From Klebsormidium nitens (lineage: Eukaryota > Plantae > Klebsormidiophyceae), in assembly GCA_000708835.1 (NCBI GenBank), contig DF236973.1:104548-168547 (forward strand): DNA of 64,000 bases, written 5' to 3'. The notes under the pieces were generated by a model. That model was not told where the DNA came from. It saw only the letters and a list, made by a program, of their open reading frames with translations, and did no database searches. Each line of letters starts with the position of its first letter. Position 1 is the first letter of the stretch. Shown here one piece after another: positions 12,547-24,800 of the stretch. The position numbers and the translations under genes are program-made.

Positions 12547-13010
12547 CTGCGAGACAGAACATTTTGCCGTCAACGGAACTTTTAAATGGCCTTCTTCTTG
12601 CGAAGCCTCTTGCGGGCGTTGGAAAGATCCGAATCGGACAGGGGAAAGTGCATCAGGACCCGCAAGAGCAGTGCAAAGCTGCTGTCAAGTGGAAGAACTC
12701 CGGCAGTTTGCGGGTCCTGCCCAGCTGGTGAAGCATCTTGCGGACGTTGAAGAGGTCCCAATCGGACAGGGGGAAGTGCAGTAAAACCTGCATGAGCAGC
12801 AAAATGTTGCTGTCCAGCGGCAGGAAATCTGAGGATCGCTGGAAGTCTGGAGGTAGGTTCTGGCGAAACGCAAGTTGAGAAGACTTGTACATGGGGAAAA
12901 GCCAACCGAGTCCAAGCAGCGGCTGGAACGTCCTCAGCATGTCCAACAATGTCTCGTCAAGAATGGGAACGAGCAGCAGAGTCTTGCGGAGGACGCAGTG
13001 AAAAGATATC
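12547..13010 (-). repeat. Shorter array of exon-3 acceptor echoes in LanCL copy 2, intron 2
   Basis: Copies of ..cggacagggggaagtgca.tag/aa.cctgc at ~12650 and ~12780, with more decayed copies at ~12880 and ~12980. Confidence 0.8.
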
Positions 13011-13561
13011 TGGGCCGTACAATTCATGATGCCGAGAAGCGTTGAACGGGCTCTGGTGATGTTCGTTATGCGGGGTCTAGTTTGTGTCTTGGTTCAGCAG
13101 CTTGGATTGTTGTCTAGATGTTCGGCAATGATTTGTCAGACTGGCAAGAAAGGATCATAACTTGTACAGAGGGACATTTCGTTGGACTCGTCCATGAATC
13201 CAAAGACAATGCACAAGTTTTAACGGATATCAATGAACCAAGAAGAAGGGTGCAAAGGAAGGGGCTTCCAAGCGGACTAGTTTTCAGGCCCGATCAGCTC
13301 ATACAACTTATTATTAAGATGTTAAACATGTCCTCGGCCGACAGCATTCAGCACAGATGAAGATGAAGGGAAAGTCAAAAAGTTGAAAACGAACGAAGTT
13401 AAACACCCCAAATTTTGTTAGCGGATCAAACGAGAAGACAGCTATCAAAAGGCGTTCGTCTACTTGTCAGTCTGTCACACACATCATCAAGGTGAAAACA
13501 GTATTGCCCCTCCACTGGAACCAGGCTCTAGCTCAAAGGAATCCTGTATCTACAACTGACA

Positions 13562-13774
13562 GAGCGGGGGCAAGAAGAATTTCTGGTCCGGGGCCGGGGA
13601 CGCTGTTGGAAGGCATGACGTTGCGAGGTTTAGGTCTTTGACCGGGGCCTCCTCATCATGATTGGCTGAAAGGAGCCTAGCCCAGGGTTTTGGCCCTAAA
13701 CCTCGCCACGTCACACCTTCTAACAGCGCCCCCGGCCCCGGTCCTGAAATTACTGATTCTCCTTGACCCCGCTC
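13562..13774. mobile_element. MITE-like non-autonomous DNA element (213 bp, ~75-bp imperfect TIRs) in LanCL copy 2, intron 2
   Basis: The left arm GAGCGGGGGCAAG..AATTTCTGGTCCGGGGCCGGGGACGCTGTTGGAAGG..GCGAGGTTTAGG is the reverse complement of the right arm, which ends CCTTGACCCCGCTC. It is flanked by TGACA (13557-61 and 13775-79). The paralogous intron has the empty site with a single tgaca (~5167-5171). Confidence 0.88.
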
Positions 13775-15810
13775 TGACATTTCCGGACCAGTATGCAGAT
13801 AACTGTAGCACAAGATTCTTGTCACAAGATTCTGCGGAAACCAAGAAACCTAGCATTCAAGAATTTGACGAGAAGGCTAGGCGTGGGCAGCTAAGGGGGA
13901 GAGGACAAATGCTCTTAGTTGGTAACCCACAAAAAAAAGAATCTATCTCTTAAGAAGATCAACAAATGAATCAACATGCCCAAGTTGGCGGTTGCTGCTA
14001 TCACATGAAACTTGGAGGCGCAGTCAGCCGCACTTGAGACGCCGTATCCTCAATTAAAAGACAATCTCTCAGCTCACAATAACATCCCTAAATCAAGAAT
14101 CGTGCGTTTCGGTCTTGACACACTGCTTAAGCAGATCAACAAAACAGAAAACCAACGGCACTCACATGCATAACCCCAGCCACGCCGTGTGCCGCCCCCA
14201 GGTAGCGCTTCCCATGCCATTCATACATCAGGGGCCATTGGGAGCCCCTCGCGCATGCCCTCCCGTCCGCCAGGATGGTTGACACTATTGGTTGAGTCAC
14301 ACTCTCTGGAATGATTCCTTGCCCTAAGTGAGTGTTAAGAAACAGGGCAGACCACAGGAAGCCCGCCCTGCCGTACAGCAGCTCGTTGGGGGGATCGGAG
14401 TTGCATTGTAGGGACGGCGTCGCAAGGTTGGGCATGTGTCCAGCCTGCAAGCAAGGGGCTAATCTATGTCAAGGCTGAAATACATAAAATTGCTTCTGCT
14501 TGCACAGACTGGTCAGGACGACATAGACATTGCAGAGGCTCTGAGTTGGATTAATGCTTGGTATCTTTGGTGATTGTCATGCACCAATACGCCGCCGAAA
14601 GAATCGGGCGCCTTAGATGCAGACACCCTCTGAAGTACATGACTGCATGTTCTATCATCCATGCTGGTCACTCATGAGTACCTATTCTGGAACAGCTTGA
14701 AGTACGGACTGCGCTTGCAATTAGAGGGTTGCATGACGTCTCTAAGAGTACTTGCTTCTCTCAAGGGAGAAGCAAGTATATCACAAACCTGTTGATCAAT
14801 TGGAAATCTTCAGCCCTCAACTATTTACGGGCCAAGAGGTAGTCATGCTTCACTAGTGACGATGAAGGTGGTGGTTGGATGGGTGTAAACTTTCCCCGTC
14901 TCATGCAATTGAGATCACTCATGCCGCAACTCACCTGCAGGAACATCCTGAGGTAGACATTCTGAGCGTCTCGCTTGCCCGCATGGAATGCCGCCACTGC
15001 ACCGAGCGCATACACCCCTGGCTGCCCCAGCAGGAACGACGGGTGCTCTCTCATCATCCCCGCCACTTTGGCGCACTCCTCAACGATCTCCATACATGTC
15101 TCTAGATTATTTGGATGCGTGGCTGCAAGCGTCAATTTGAGCAGCAGAAAGGCTGTTCCTCCGCTGCCAGTGTACACATAAGGGTCTCTTACACGTCCCG
15201 CGGCCCCTCGGGGTTCAATCCATGTTTCAGAGATGATCCTGTCGATGAGAGCACATGCATGCTTTGTGAATGCTCTCTGGGCCGCCTCATCCAGTGTTGC
15301 GGAAGCGTAGCGATTCAGCAAGGAGGTGCTGAAGTGACGAGATTCGCCTGCCATGGCGCTGTCATTGAGATTGCATTTCTCCTTTTGAGCCAATGAAGCC
15401 AATTGACTTTCACTGTCAAAGTAGCCAGGCTTGCCTCCTCCTGCATTTGAACATGCATGCTTTTGCAGGGCTCGTGTTCGAAGGGGTCCCCCTCAAAGCA
15501 TGCAGCCTGCTTGCCGTCGATTCGGATACAGGGCCATCGGACGGTCTATAAACGCTCAAATAATAGGAAACTAGCTACGGCCCCAGCCACTTTGTCTTGC
15601 ATGGTCTTCAGTCTTCGATCAGAGCAGGACACACACCTGCCCATGCAACTCCATGGCAAGAGCAGGTGCTGCCTGCACTCCTGAGTTTCATCGTCAAGTT
15701 TTGACAGGCTTCTGATTTGGTAGCATCTGATTTTCAATTGGGCATTTTCTCTGCTCACGATGCTTTTTGCTCAAGCAGGTTTCTGACGGGGTTGCGTGGC
15801 GTCCCCCGCA

Positions 15811-18800
15811 ATGGACGACGCAGACTTGAGTGCCCTGCTGGACGAGCTGGGGAGCGACGGCAGCGAAGATGAGAGCGCGTTTGAGAGGACGCTGGACGAT
15901 ATCCTGGGAGAAGACGGGGACAGCGAGGATCTTTGGACAATTGACCCCCAGCCAACAAAGGAGGTCAGCAAGGTGGTCAAGGTCCAGCCGATCAAGGAGT
16001 TGACACCAAGGCACAGCGGCGAAGAGTTGGAAAGAGCGGCGAGGAGTCCAGCTAAAAGTGCATCCGATGGGGGCAGTGTCAAAAGTGGGAGAGGTATCAT
16101 GCCGGTACAATCAATCAGTCCGCCAAAGCATGTGCCATTGGCGAGCCCTCCAGGGAAGAAACTGGCCTCCAGTGTGCCTGAGACGAAGCGGGCCGCAGAG
16201 AAGAGCTCGCCGGAATTGCCGGTCGCTGATCAGCGGAGCACCCAGCAATTAGCGCAGGAGACTGGCGAGGGGTTTGGTTTGCGGCCTTCGGTACTGGCAG
16301 AAGCAAGCCATTCGGAAGCTTCAGTGAAAACTGCGGCCGTGAGGGGTCAGGAAGCCTTTCCAAAGTCGCCCCCGTCCGAGGTTAAGAAGAGGGACAGTTC
16401 GAATGAAAGGGTGGTGCAAAATGGGGTTGAGTCATCGTCAAAGCCGCAGGTTCTGGCAAAGCAGCGGTCGGATGCTGGGAAGCGGTCCGAGGCTGCTGTT
16501 AGAGAAGAGGGGGAAAAGGGGGCAGTTCCGGGTCCAGCACCGAAGGTTGCGGTTAACCATGAGGAACCACAGCAAAACGAAGTCTTGGAACCTCACCGTG
16601 TGCAAGAAAGCCACTCGGCAGCACCTCAACCGAATGGGGCTGAGAATACGGACTTGGCAAGGGCTGAAGTGGAAGCAAAACTGAAGCTGCGGGAACGCGA
16701 CTTGGAGCGGCTTTTGGAGGACAGCGTTCAGGAGGTGGGGGCGGGGGCGCCTGTGGACGAGAAAAGTGCGGGTGAGGCGAGCGAGGGGGAGACGAAGGGG
16801 CTTGAAAACAGCGAAGTTGCGCCAGAGGAGCACCTGGACCGTCAGCCAAGCGCCTTACAGATCGTGAGGCCGCTAAGATCATCCATTTTTCCAATTTGTG
16901 CATTTATACGTGCACCAGTGTCGAAAGGTATGCGACACTGGCTCCGACTACAAAGTTTGGAGAGTGTCTGAGGCATCCTTGTCTTCCCAAAATCTTTTTT
17001 TGTTGTTTCTATATGCCACAAATTTCTACCCACAGGATTTGCCTCCTGAGTATGGGAAAAATACGGCGATGGCGGTTACTTGAAGATAAGTTTTTCCTCT
17101 CACACCACCATCTGAACTTTCCTGGAATGTCGAGGGCCAATTGTTAGGCGAGCGCTCCATTGGTTCATCCTGAAGAGACAAATAGCTTCAGCTTTTTCTA
17201 TATTTGTCAGCTTGTTCATTCCACCATCCATTCAATGACTGGAAGACTTGGTCCATCATTCTCCCCATGCATTGTGAAAAGGCTCCAATACCTTTGTTAA
17301 TCTGGTGCTATCTCGTGTGCAAACCTGGCCGCTTGCAGTATTGTGATGCATTGGTCGCTGTTTGAACTTGAGCATATGTCCTCCCCAACTTGGAGCGATG
17401 CCGATGGTTGATGTAAAGGAAGGGACACCACTAAAAGACAAAATCGTTCATGTTCAGGCTGAGGAACTAGAGCGGCTGCGCTCGTCTTCCGGGGCTCATC
17501 TGGAGGAGGGCGCGGCCGCACAGCCGATGCAACTGGAGGGCGCCTGGGCTGGGCCCCCCGCAATTGGAGTTCTTCGGGTGGAAGAAGTGGAGGCGCTCTC
17601 TGCCGCACTCGGAACACCCACCATGAAAAGAGACCATGGCGAACCGCAGGTGAGGCCTGAGGCGGGACTGTTTCTATACTTGTTGCCGTGGCAGTCCGAG
17701 ATACAATCAAATCTCGCTGCTGGAGTTGACGTTTTCAGATCTTTTTGTTCTTTGTCGTATTTATATGGGCTTTTAAGGTGTGGTAAGAATGTCATCTCAT
17801 CGACCTCCCCTGACTTGCGGATCGCTGCTGAGAGATTGTCTGAAGCTTTCCCTGCAGCTGAAAATGATCGTTAGCGAGTGCAGAAAAGTCGAAGGGTCGC
17901 TACGACGCCTCTTCAGTCGCAAGCTCTTCCCGGCCTCCACCTTCTTCATGAGAGCCTCCCTTGACAACAAGAATGTATTAATGGGGCAAATGGGGCGTTC
18001 CAATTTGAGAACATGCTTGACAAGCGCAAGGGGCGATCTCAAACTCCTTCAAATTAAAGTCTTGTCAGAAGCGCACACTTAGGACACGATTGGGAAGCCC
18101 CCCCCGAAAAGAAACTCACTCTTGTCACACTGCAGGCCCTCGCCCTCCACCCCAGCTTCATTGCCGTCGGTCTCTCCCGAGGGGGGGTCCTCATGGCTCC
18201 TGGGAAGCCCAGCAAAGACAGCGCTCACCAGAACCAGTCCAAGGCGTTCGTGCTCGGAGGGGGGGGACACGTGGCATGCTGTGCGCTGGACGTGCACCTG
18301 TCGGGGGAACTGCTGCTGGCGGGGTATGCGGACGGGACGCTCATCCTGTGGGACGTCCAACGTGCGACGCCAGCGAGGTATGGCGGCTCGCTCAGAGCCG
18401 AATAATAGATTTTTTTGAACCTTGACAACGCGGTTTGAGCTTCCGGGACAATCTCAACTGCAGTCTTTCTCACGTTTACCTTCTTTCTGGCCCCGTTTCG
18501 TACTCTTGAAACGCAGCCCACTGAGAACTTTTAGATCCCCACTGGCTTTTCTTCTCTTTTGTCCAACGCCTGTTCCAGTCGAGCCGTCCCCCTCTGTTCT
18601 GCTTAGCAACGTCCTTTCCACCACCTCGCCTTCAGTTTTCAGAGACTTAAAGTAGCATAGTGGTTTTGCCAACAGATCTTCCTGGGATTTCTTTTTGGCG
18701 TTCTGTTTCTCTTGCTTTTACCGATTCCCTCTTAGCCAACTCAGTTGGCAGACAAGTGGGCGGCCAGCACTAATCCGGACCCGCCCTCGTTGGGCAACGA

Positions 18801-21800
18801 TTGGCGTCCCACTTCCATTTCCCCGCACCGGGAAGGTCTACGTGAGCCCAGTTGCGCGGTTCAAGATAGCTGCCTAACGTCAGCCGCTTTCTCTGACGGT
18901 GTCACGATGTGAAAGATCAGTTCGGCCACCCGTTTGAAGTCTGTGGATTTCTGCTTTTGAGTGCAGGGCTAGCTTCGGCGTCGGCCCCGACGAGCACGCG
19001 GCCGGCTGCCCGATCACGCACGTTCGATTCCTGGCCGCATTACCGGACCAGCCGCGCATCAGCCGCGCAGTGACGGCGGATGCCAAGGGGATCGTCATGC
19101 TGCACATCTTCAGCTCGGTATGCTGCGCCCCACCTTTTTCGGGCCCACATCATCGTCCTTCAGATCAGCGATAGATGTCATCCAGAGAAATGACGATGGG
19201 GCTCGGCCCCTACATTGAGAAATCGATAGACGCCTGGGTCTCCGATTAGTCGTGTGAGTAGATTCTGCATGCACAAGCAGCGATTCTGTCTTCGTGCATT
19301 TCCGCGTCCCTGTATGCATTTCTTGAAGTCGGCTGTGTCCAAAATCCCAAGTGCTCCTCCGAGCCCGGGGTGCTCTTTGCTTTGCAGAAACCAATTCACT
19401 ATCGCTCGAGGACAACTTCTGCCTCTTCAAACCCTTCATGGTTTGAAAGATATCGTTGTTTTTGGGTAACGATTTTCACGCACCTTTGCCCGCCCAGGTA
19501 CCTATTCTCCGCCGCTACACGGTGACCAGTCAGCGCCTCCTCGACGGCTCTCAAGCGATCGGCCCGGTCCTCGATCTCAAACCCCTCATCACTTCTGAGC
19601 CCTCCCACCCCCCTCCCACCCTCTCCCTTCCCGCTGGTGTGAACGCCCACCAAAACGAGCCGAGGGGCGTGTTAACACCGAGGACGTCCTACTCGGAAGT
19701 AGGCGCGCCGTCGCCAAAACCTGCGGGGACCCCCCCGGGGGAGAGGTCGGTGGGAAGGTTTGATAAGGGGCTCGATATGGGGCGGAAGGTGCTGGTGGAT
19801 GCCGGACTGGACAAGAGCTTGGACATGGGCAGGTGAGCAAGGTTCCAGAAGGTTATGATAAAGATGGCGTCAAAGAGTCAATAAATTGTCCAGGTTGGGT
19901 GGCAAAAAAGCCAAGGTTACAGTAAAGGTTCAGGAGTTGCTGCAAACTTACCGTATGTGCAAGTGGTGGCAAACGGATGTGCGGCCGACGAGCTTCCCGG
20001 TCACTGGAGGAGGACCACGCTTTCAATGCCCTCTTAGACTTCGTGAAACCCCCAAGGTCTCGAAAGGCCTTGCACGTCCAATCCTTTGTGGAAGGCTTGA
20101 TTCCTTGACGGTGTGAATGGCGGGTTTGGCGAGTTCAGATTCTTCCGAGGCAAAGAGACGGCAAAGTCGTGTGTCGTGCCTTTCCTTTGCATCAAGACAA
20201 AAAGGCTTGACTTACAAATTAAGGCGGGAAAACTCACTTTGTGATTGTTGTCAAGCTTCCTCCCACAATGTCACCACGCGCGTTGCGTTGCCAACACGAG
20301 CATCAGCAAGAATTTCTAACTCTGATGGCCGCTTTTTCGCTGTCAGGAAGTTTTTGTTCGACGCTGTGAACACGGCTGCCGACGCGGGCAAGGTGATTGC
20401 GGGGGCGGGTTCCGTGAAGGGCGTGGCGGAAGACCTGATCGAGAAGGGCCTGGTGGCCATGCTCACGGGATCCACCATTCTAGTTGCGCTGCTGGCCGAG
20501 AAAATGCAGGTGAGCAGTTTTCAGGGCCTTGTAAAGCTCGATATGCTGCACATAAGCTGCATCTAATCGAACTTTTTCAAGGAGTGCTTTGTCGCCGCTC
20601 GAGACTGCGCGACCATCTATGTACATAGCTGCACCAAGGTTGTACAGTGTGATTGCGCTCATCCCATCGGCTTGCAATATGCTTGGAAAGCCTGTTTATA
20701 ACAACGAACACTCTTGACAAAGTAAGCCCAGACATAGTGGGTCTTCTTTTCGGCCGTCCTGACGCTCGCTTGTACTGCAACCCTGACGTGCGATATCACG
20801 GCTTATACGCGTCCGCCGTTCAGCCACAAATGCAACCGTTTCAGTTTCTGAAATAAACACCATGTTTCTGCAGGTTCTCGTCCGCATGCCCCGTCCCGAG
20901 AGCGTCCGCGACGGCGCCGTCCCTTACTGCGCGTGGCGCAAGCCCCACCACTGGCCCGCGTTCCAAACCCCCGACACCCCGCCGCGCGTTTCCGAGTCCT
21001 CTTCCGACCCCGCGACTTCCCCCGCCCCTGAAGCTCCAAAAGTCTCCACGCTCGAAGAGGACCGCCTCCGGCGGCCTCCGCTGCTGGCCGTCGGATGGGA
21101 TCGGACGGTCCTGATCTGCCGGCTCGGGCGGGGGGGGCTGAGGATCCTGTCCAGGTGGCAGCTGCAAGGGGATGCTGACGTCACGGGGATCACGTGGCTT
21201 GGGGATGACGTACTTGGGGTGCTGACGGGGCGCGAGGAGATGTGCGTGTACTGGGTGACGACGGGAGAGGAGATCGAACGGTTCATGATTGGGGTGACGG
21301 GGGGTGAAGAGGCAGCGGTCTCTCATTCGCACTACACAAGCAGCGCTGGCAGGTGAGAGGGAATTTCGTTCAGTACAGCTTCAATGATGAAAATATCCTC
21401 GTTGTATAGCTTTCGACATATTCATTGCCTGACCGTGATCCATACGCGGTAGCTGTTAGACCTTTTTGACAATTATTGTAGGTGCAGGCGCCATGTTGTG
21501 TAACCAGCGTAGTTGGTTCAGAAAGCTTCGATACCGTAAAGGCACGTCGGGACATGGTTCGCACGAAATAGGAGTTGAAATGAGATTGGAGTCCCGGCGA
21601 GTTTGCCAGCGGATATACCGCCGAACTCATGTCAGGCGGACAATAGTATGCGCCAAAAAGGAGCGTATGCGCTCATAGATATCCAGAACCACATGAGTGA
21701 TTGTTCGAAATAGTCGTTTGTTTTACGGCCTCTCTCCCGCAACCCCGTGTAAGGCGTACCACAAGTCGGTCGTCCCTCGCCCATCATCTTTGTGCTCGAC

Positions 21801-24800
21801 CTATCGGCAATAAACTTCACGCGTTAGTACCGTTAACCAACGCGCAAAGCAGCGTTCTGCACCCTTACCCGCCCTAACCTTCATACTGATCCCCACCTTC
21901 CCTGTTACTGTCCACCAGGCTGACTGATCGCAATAACATCTTTTCCTCTGCAGTACCATCAAAGCGTACTTACAACTCGGTCGCAGCGCGCGGGCCCGCC
22001 ATGTTCGTGCTCGGCCTATCTGCACCAAAACTTGCGGGTTTTGCAGCCGTACCCATCCTTTCCCCCTTACTTAACCCCCAGTCCCCGTTACTGTCTCCCG
22101 GGCTCACTGTATAATGTAGTTAACGGACTTCTATCCTCTGCAGTCCCGTCAAAGCGTACCACAACTCTGTCGCCGCGCGCGGCCCCGCAATGTTCGTGCT
22201 CGGCCCGTCGGCACTGAAAGTCGGCCGACTGCTGCACTGGAAAGAACGCTTGGAGGGCCTCCGGCAGGCGGGCGACTGGGTGGGCGCTTTCCATGCAGCC
22301 ATGGAATTGTACGATGGGAAAGCAAAGGTGAAGGAGTGCCTGAATCCATTATTTGAGGCTGGTCATTGACTTCAATGATTGGGATTGGCGAGAAACGGCT
22401 GCGCTCTTCGGCAGACTTTGCATGATCAGGCGAGAACAACGAAGGGAAGGTTGTTCCGACGGCGGGACTAAAAGTAACAACTGTGATCATCTGATTTGGA
22501 GTGAAGATTTGTATCTGATCTTGGTTGGACGTCCCCTTGCACTGTGTTTTGGTTTGGTGAATGTTTCGATAGCTCTTGGGTTCACTAAAACCAGAACGAG
22601 AAGGTCGTATACTTCGTCCTTTCGTTACTCTTGGGCCTCGTCCATGAACGCTCGGTTTGAGGATCAGACAGATTTCCCATGCCATCTCCCTGAATTGGGG
22701 AGCCTCTAATAACGCCGAAACGAACTCTTTGCCAACGCTTTCGCAACGAACCTCCAAAAAACTCACTCGTCTCGCGTCTTGTCTCGCTGCCTCGAGCTCA
22801 GCATGCCTCTCAAGAACGTTGAAACACTTCGGATATTCTCCCAGGGTCCCACATACGCGTCCACCAATAAGAGTTTTTTAGTAAGGTCACGATAAGCTAG
22901 CCACTGATAAGCTCCGAATAGCAACGGGAAACCCCTAATCCAGAAGAATACCTGCTCCGCACTCCTACCCACCCTAACTCCAAAAGTAACCCGACCCGTC
23001 CAACACTGTTACCTTTTGATCATCACAGCTGCTTGTCACACTTCTTGATATCGGTTCTGCTGATACTTTCTGCTTCATCTCTGAGCGGATTTGCGAGACC
23101 CACACCTGCGTATTTTCTTTCCCAGGGCGTGCTCGGCGTGCCGCCCTCGCTGCCGGCGTTGCACGAGGCCATCATGCCGACTCTGCTGTCGTTGTTGGCG
23201 GCATACATCGACGAAGCGATGGCTTACGTCGGCCTTTCTCTGGGCACCAGCAAAGGGGAGCCGGAGGAGCAGTCGGAGGGCGTCGCACAATATTCTGGGG
23301 TGAGTGACTTTTCGTTTCAGAGAATGCAACTGAGTTGCTGAGACCTCTTTGAGTTGTTTGTATCCTGGCGCCTGTGCCTCTTTCTGTCTTAATTGGCCGG
23401 TCGTTCAATAAAGGGCGACTACGTTTGCTCTGCCCGTGATTGGAACAATATCAAAGTGACGCTTTAATGAAACACCTAAATGACGCACACACTCCTTTGC
23501 AAGACTGAGCGTTCTTTAAGGCAAACTACAAGGTAACACGGTCCCCTTGAAGTCATCCTACTAGCATGCTGGCTCGTTTGAATCTCCCTCTGCAGCTTTT
23601 CGCATTCTTTCCCGTCTTCCATAAGAACATCTCTTTTGTTCTTCTGTTTCTTAATCCAAACCCCAGAAACCCATAAAGCCACTGCTTGGTCTCGCCAGGT
23701 CGGGGGTGTCGCCATCGAGTTCTGTGTGCACATCGGCCGGCCTGAGGTCCTGTTTGAGGACGTCTTCGACAAGTTTACAGCAGTGGGGCACCAAGGTGAG
23801 GGCATGTGCCGGGAATTCGCTGGCACTCACTTGCCCTTGCGCCTCAATTGCGCCTCGCTACCTTTCGAATCGCTGGGGTTCTAGACAGAAAAAAATTGTT
23901 GTGCCGCCAAGCGATCTGCTGATTCTTCGGTGGTTGCCAAACCGACTCCTGATCGTGGAACAGCGTGTCCAACACCTCTTTTCGATTGCAGCTATTTTTG
24001 CTGACGCTCGCTCCGTTACCAAACGCGTCCTTGACACGAAGCGTTCGCTAAGACCATTTTCTAATGCTCAGTCCGCACAGCTGATGCTCTTTGCCAACGT
24101 CGAGTCCCTCCGACGTGGTCAATTCATTTCTATCGCCATCCGTTCCTCTCGTTTTCCACAAGGCCGACTTGCATACGTACGGTCGTGCCCACTTCCCAAA
24201 TTAACGTCCTTGCAAGCTGGCGAACCTGATTCCTGCGGCTACTGATAACCTCGAGCTTTCCTGAGACTCTCAGGTTTCCAACTCTGGCTTGCAGGCACGT
24301 TTCAGGAGCCGTATTTTTGAAGGATACGGTGCAACGGTTGGCCCCCGCGGTGATGCGGGCGCTGAAACGACACTAGTAACTGGGAAAGTTGAACCCAGAA
24401 AGTTTGAAGACTTCAAATGTGTATTCATCCTGACTTCTTGTTCTACAGGCACATTCTTGGAGCTATCAGAGCTATCATAGGACACGCTAAAGTTTTGACC
24501 CTCACGGTGATGCCGGATCTAGTAGAGCACTACAAATGCAGTTTTCCGTGTTTCAGGGGCCTTGAAATCTCAAGCTGCGTTTTATTTTGTTGTCTTGTTC
24601 TACAGGCACGTTCCTGGAGCTGCTGGAGCCGTACATTCTGAAGGACACGCTGCGCGGTTTGGCCCCCGCTGTGATGCAGGCTCTGGTGGAGCACTACAGC
24701 GTCAAGGGCTGGCTGCAGCGCGTCGAGCAGTGCGTGCTGCATATGAACATCGCAAGCCTCGACTTCAATCAGGTGGGTTAGAAGGATACGTGATCTAGGC

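Larger units (their letters stand above)
11573..15354 (-). pseudogene. LanC-like protein, second copy, with a 1-nt frameshift in exon 3 (pseudogene or sequencing error)
   Basis: Exons 15354-14935, 14444-14166, 12546-12323 (224 nt versus 225 in copy 1) and 11887-11573. Copy 1 reads GGC GAA ACG TCG GAC GTC; copy 2 reads GGG GAC ACG -CG GAC GTC. This shifts the frame just before WCHG. Confidence 0.8.
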
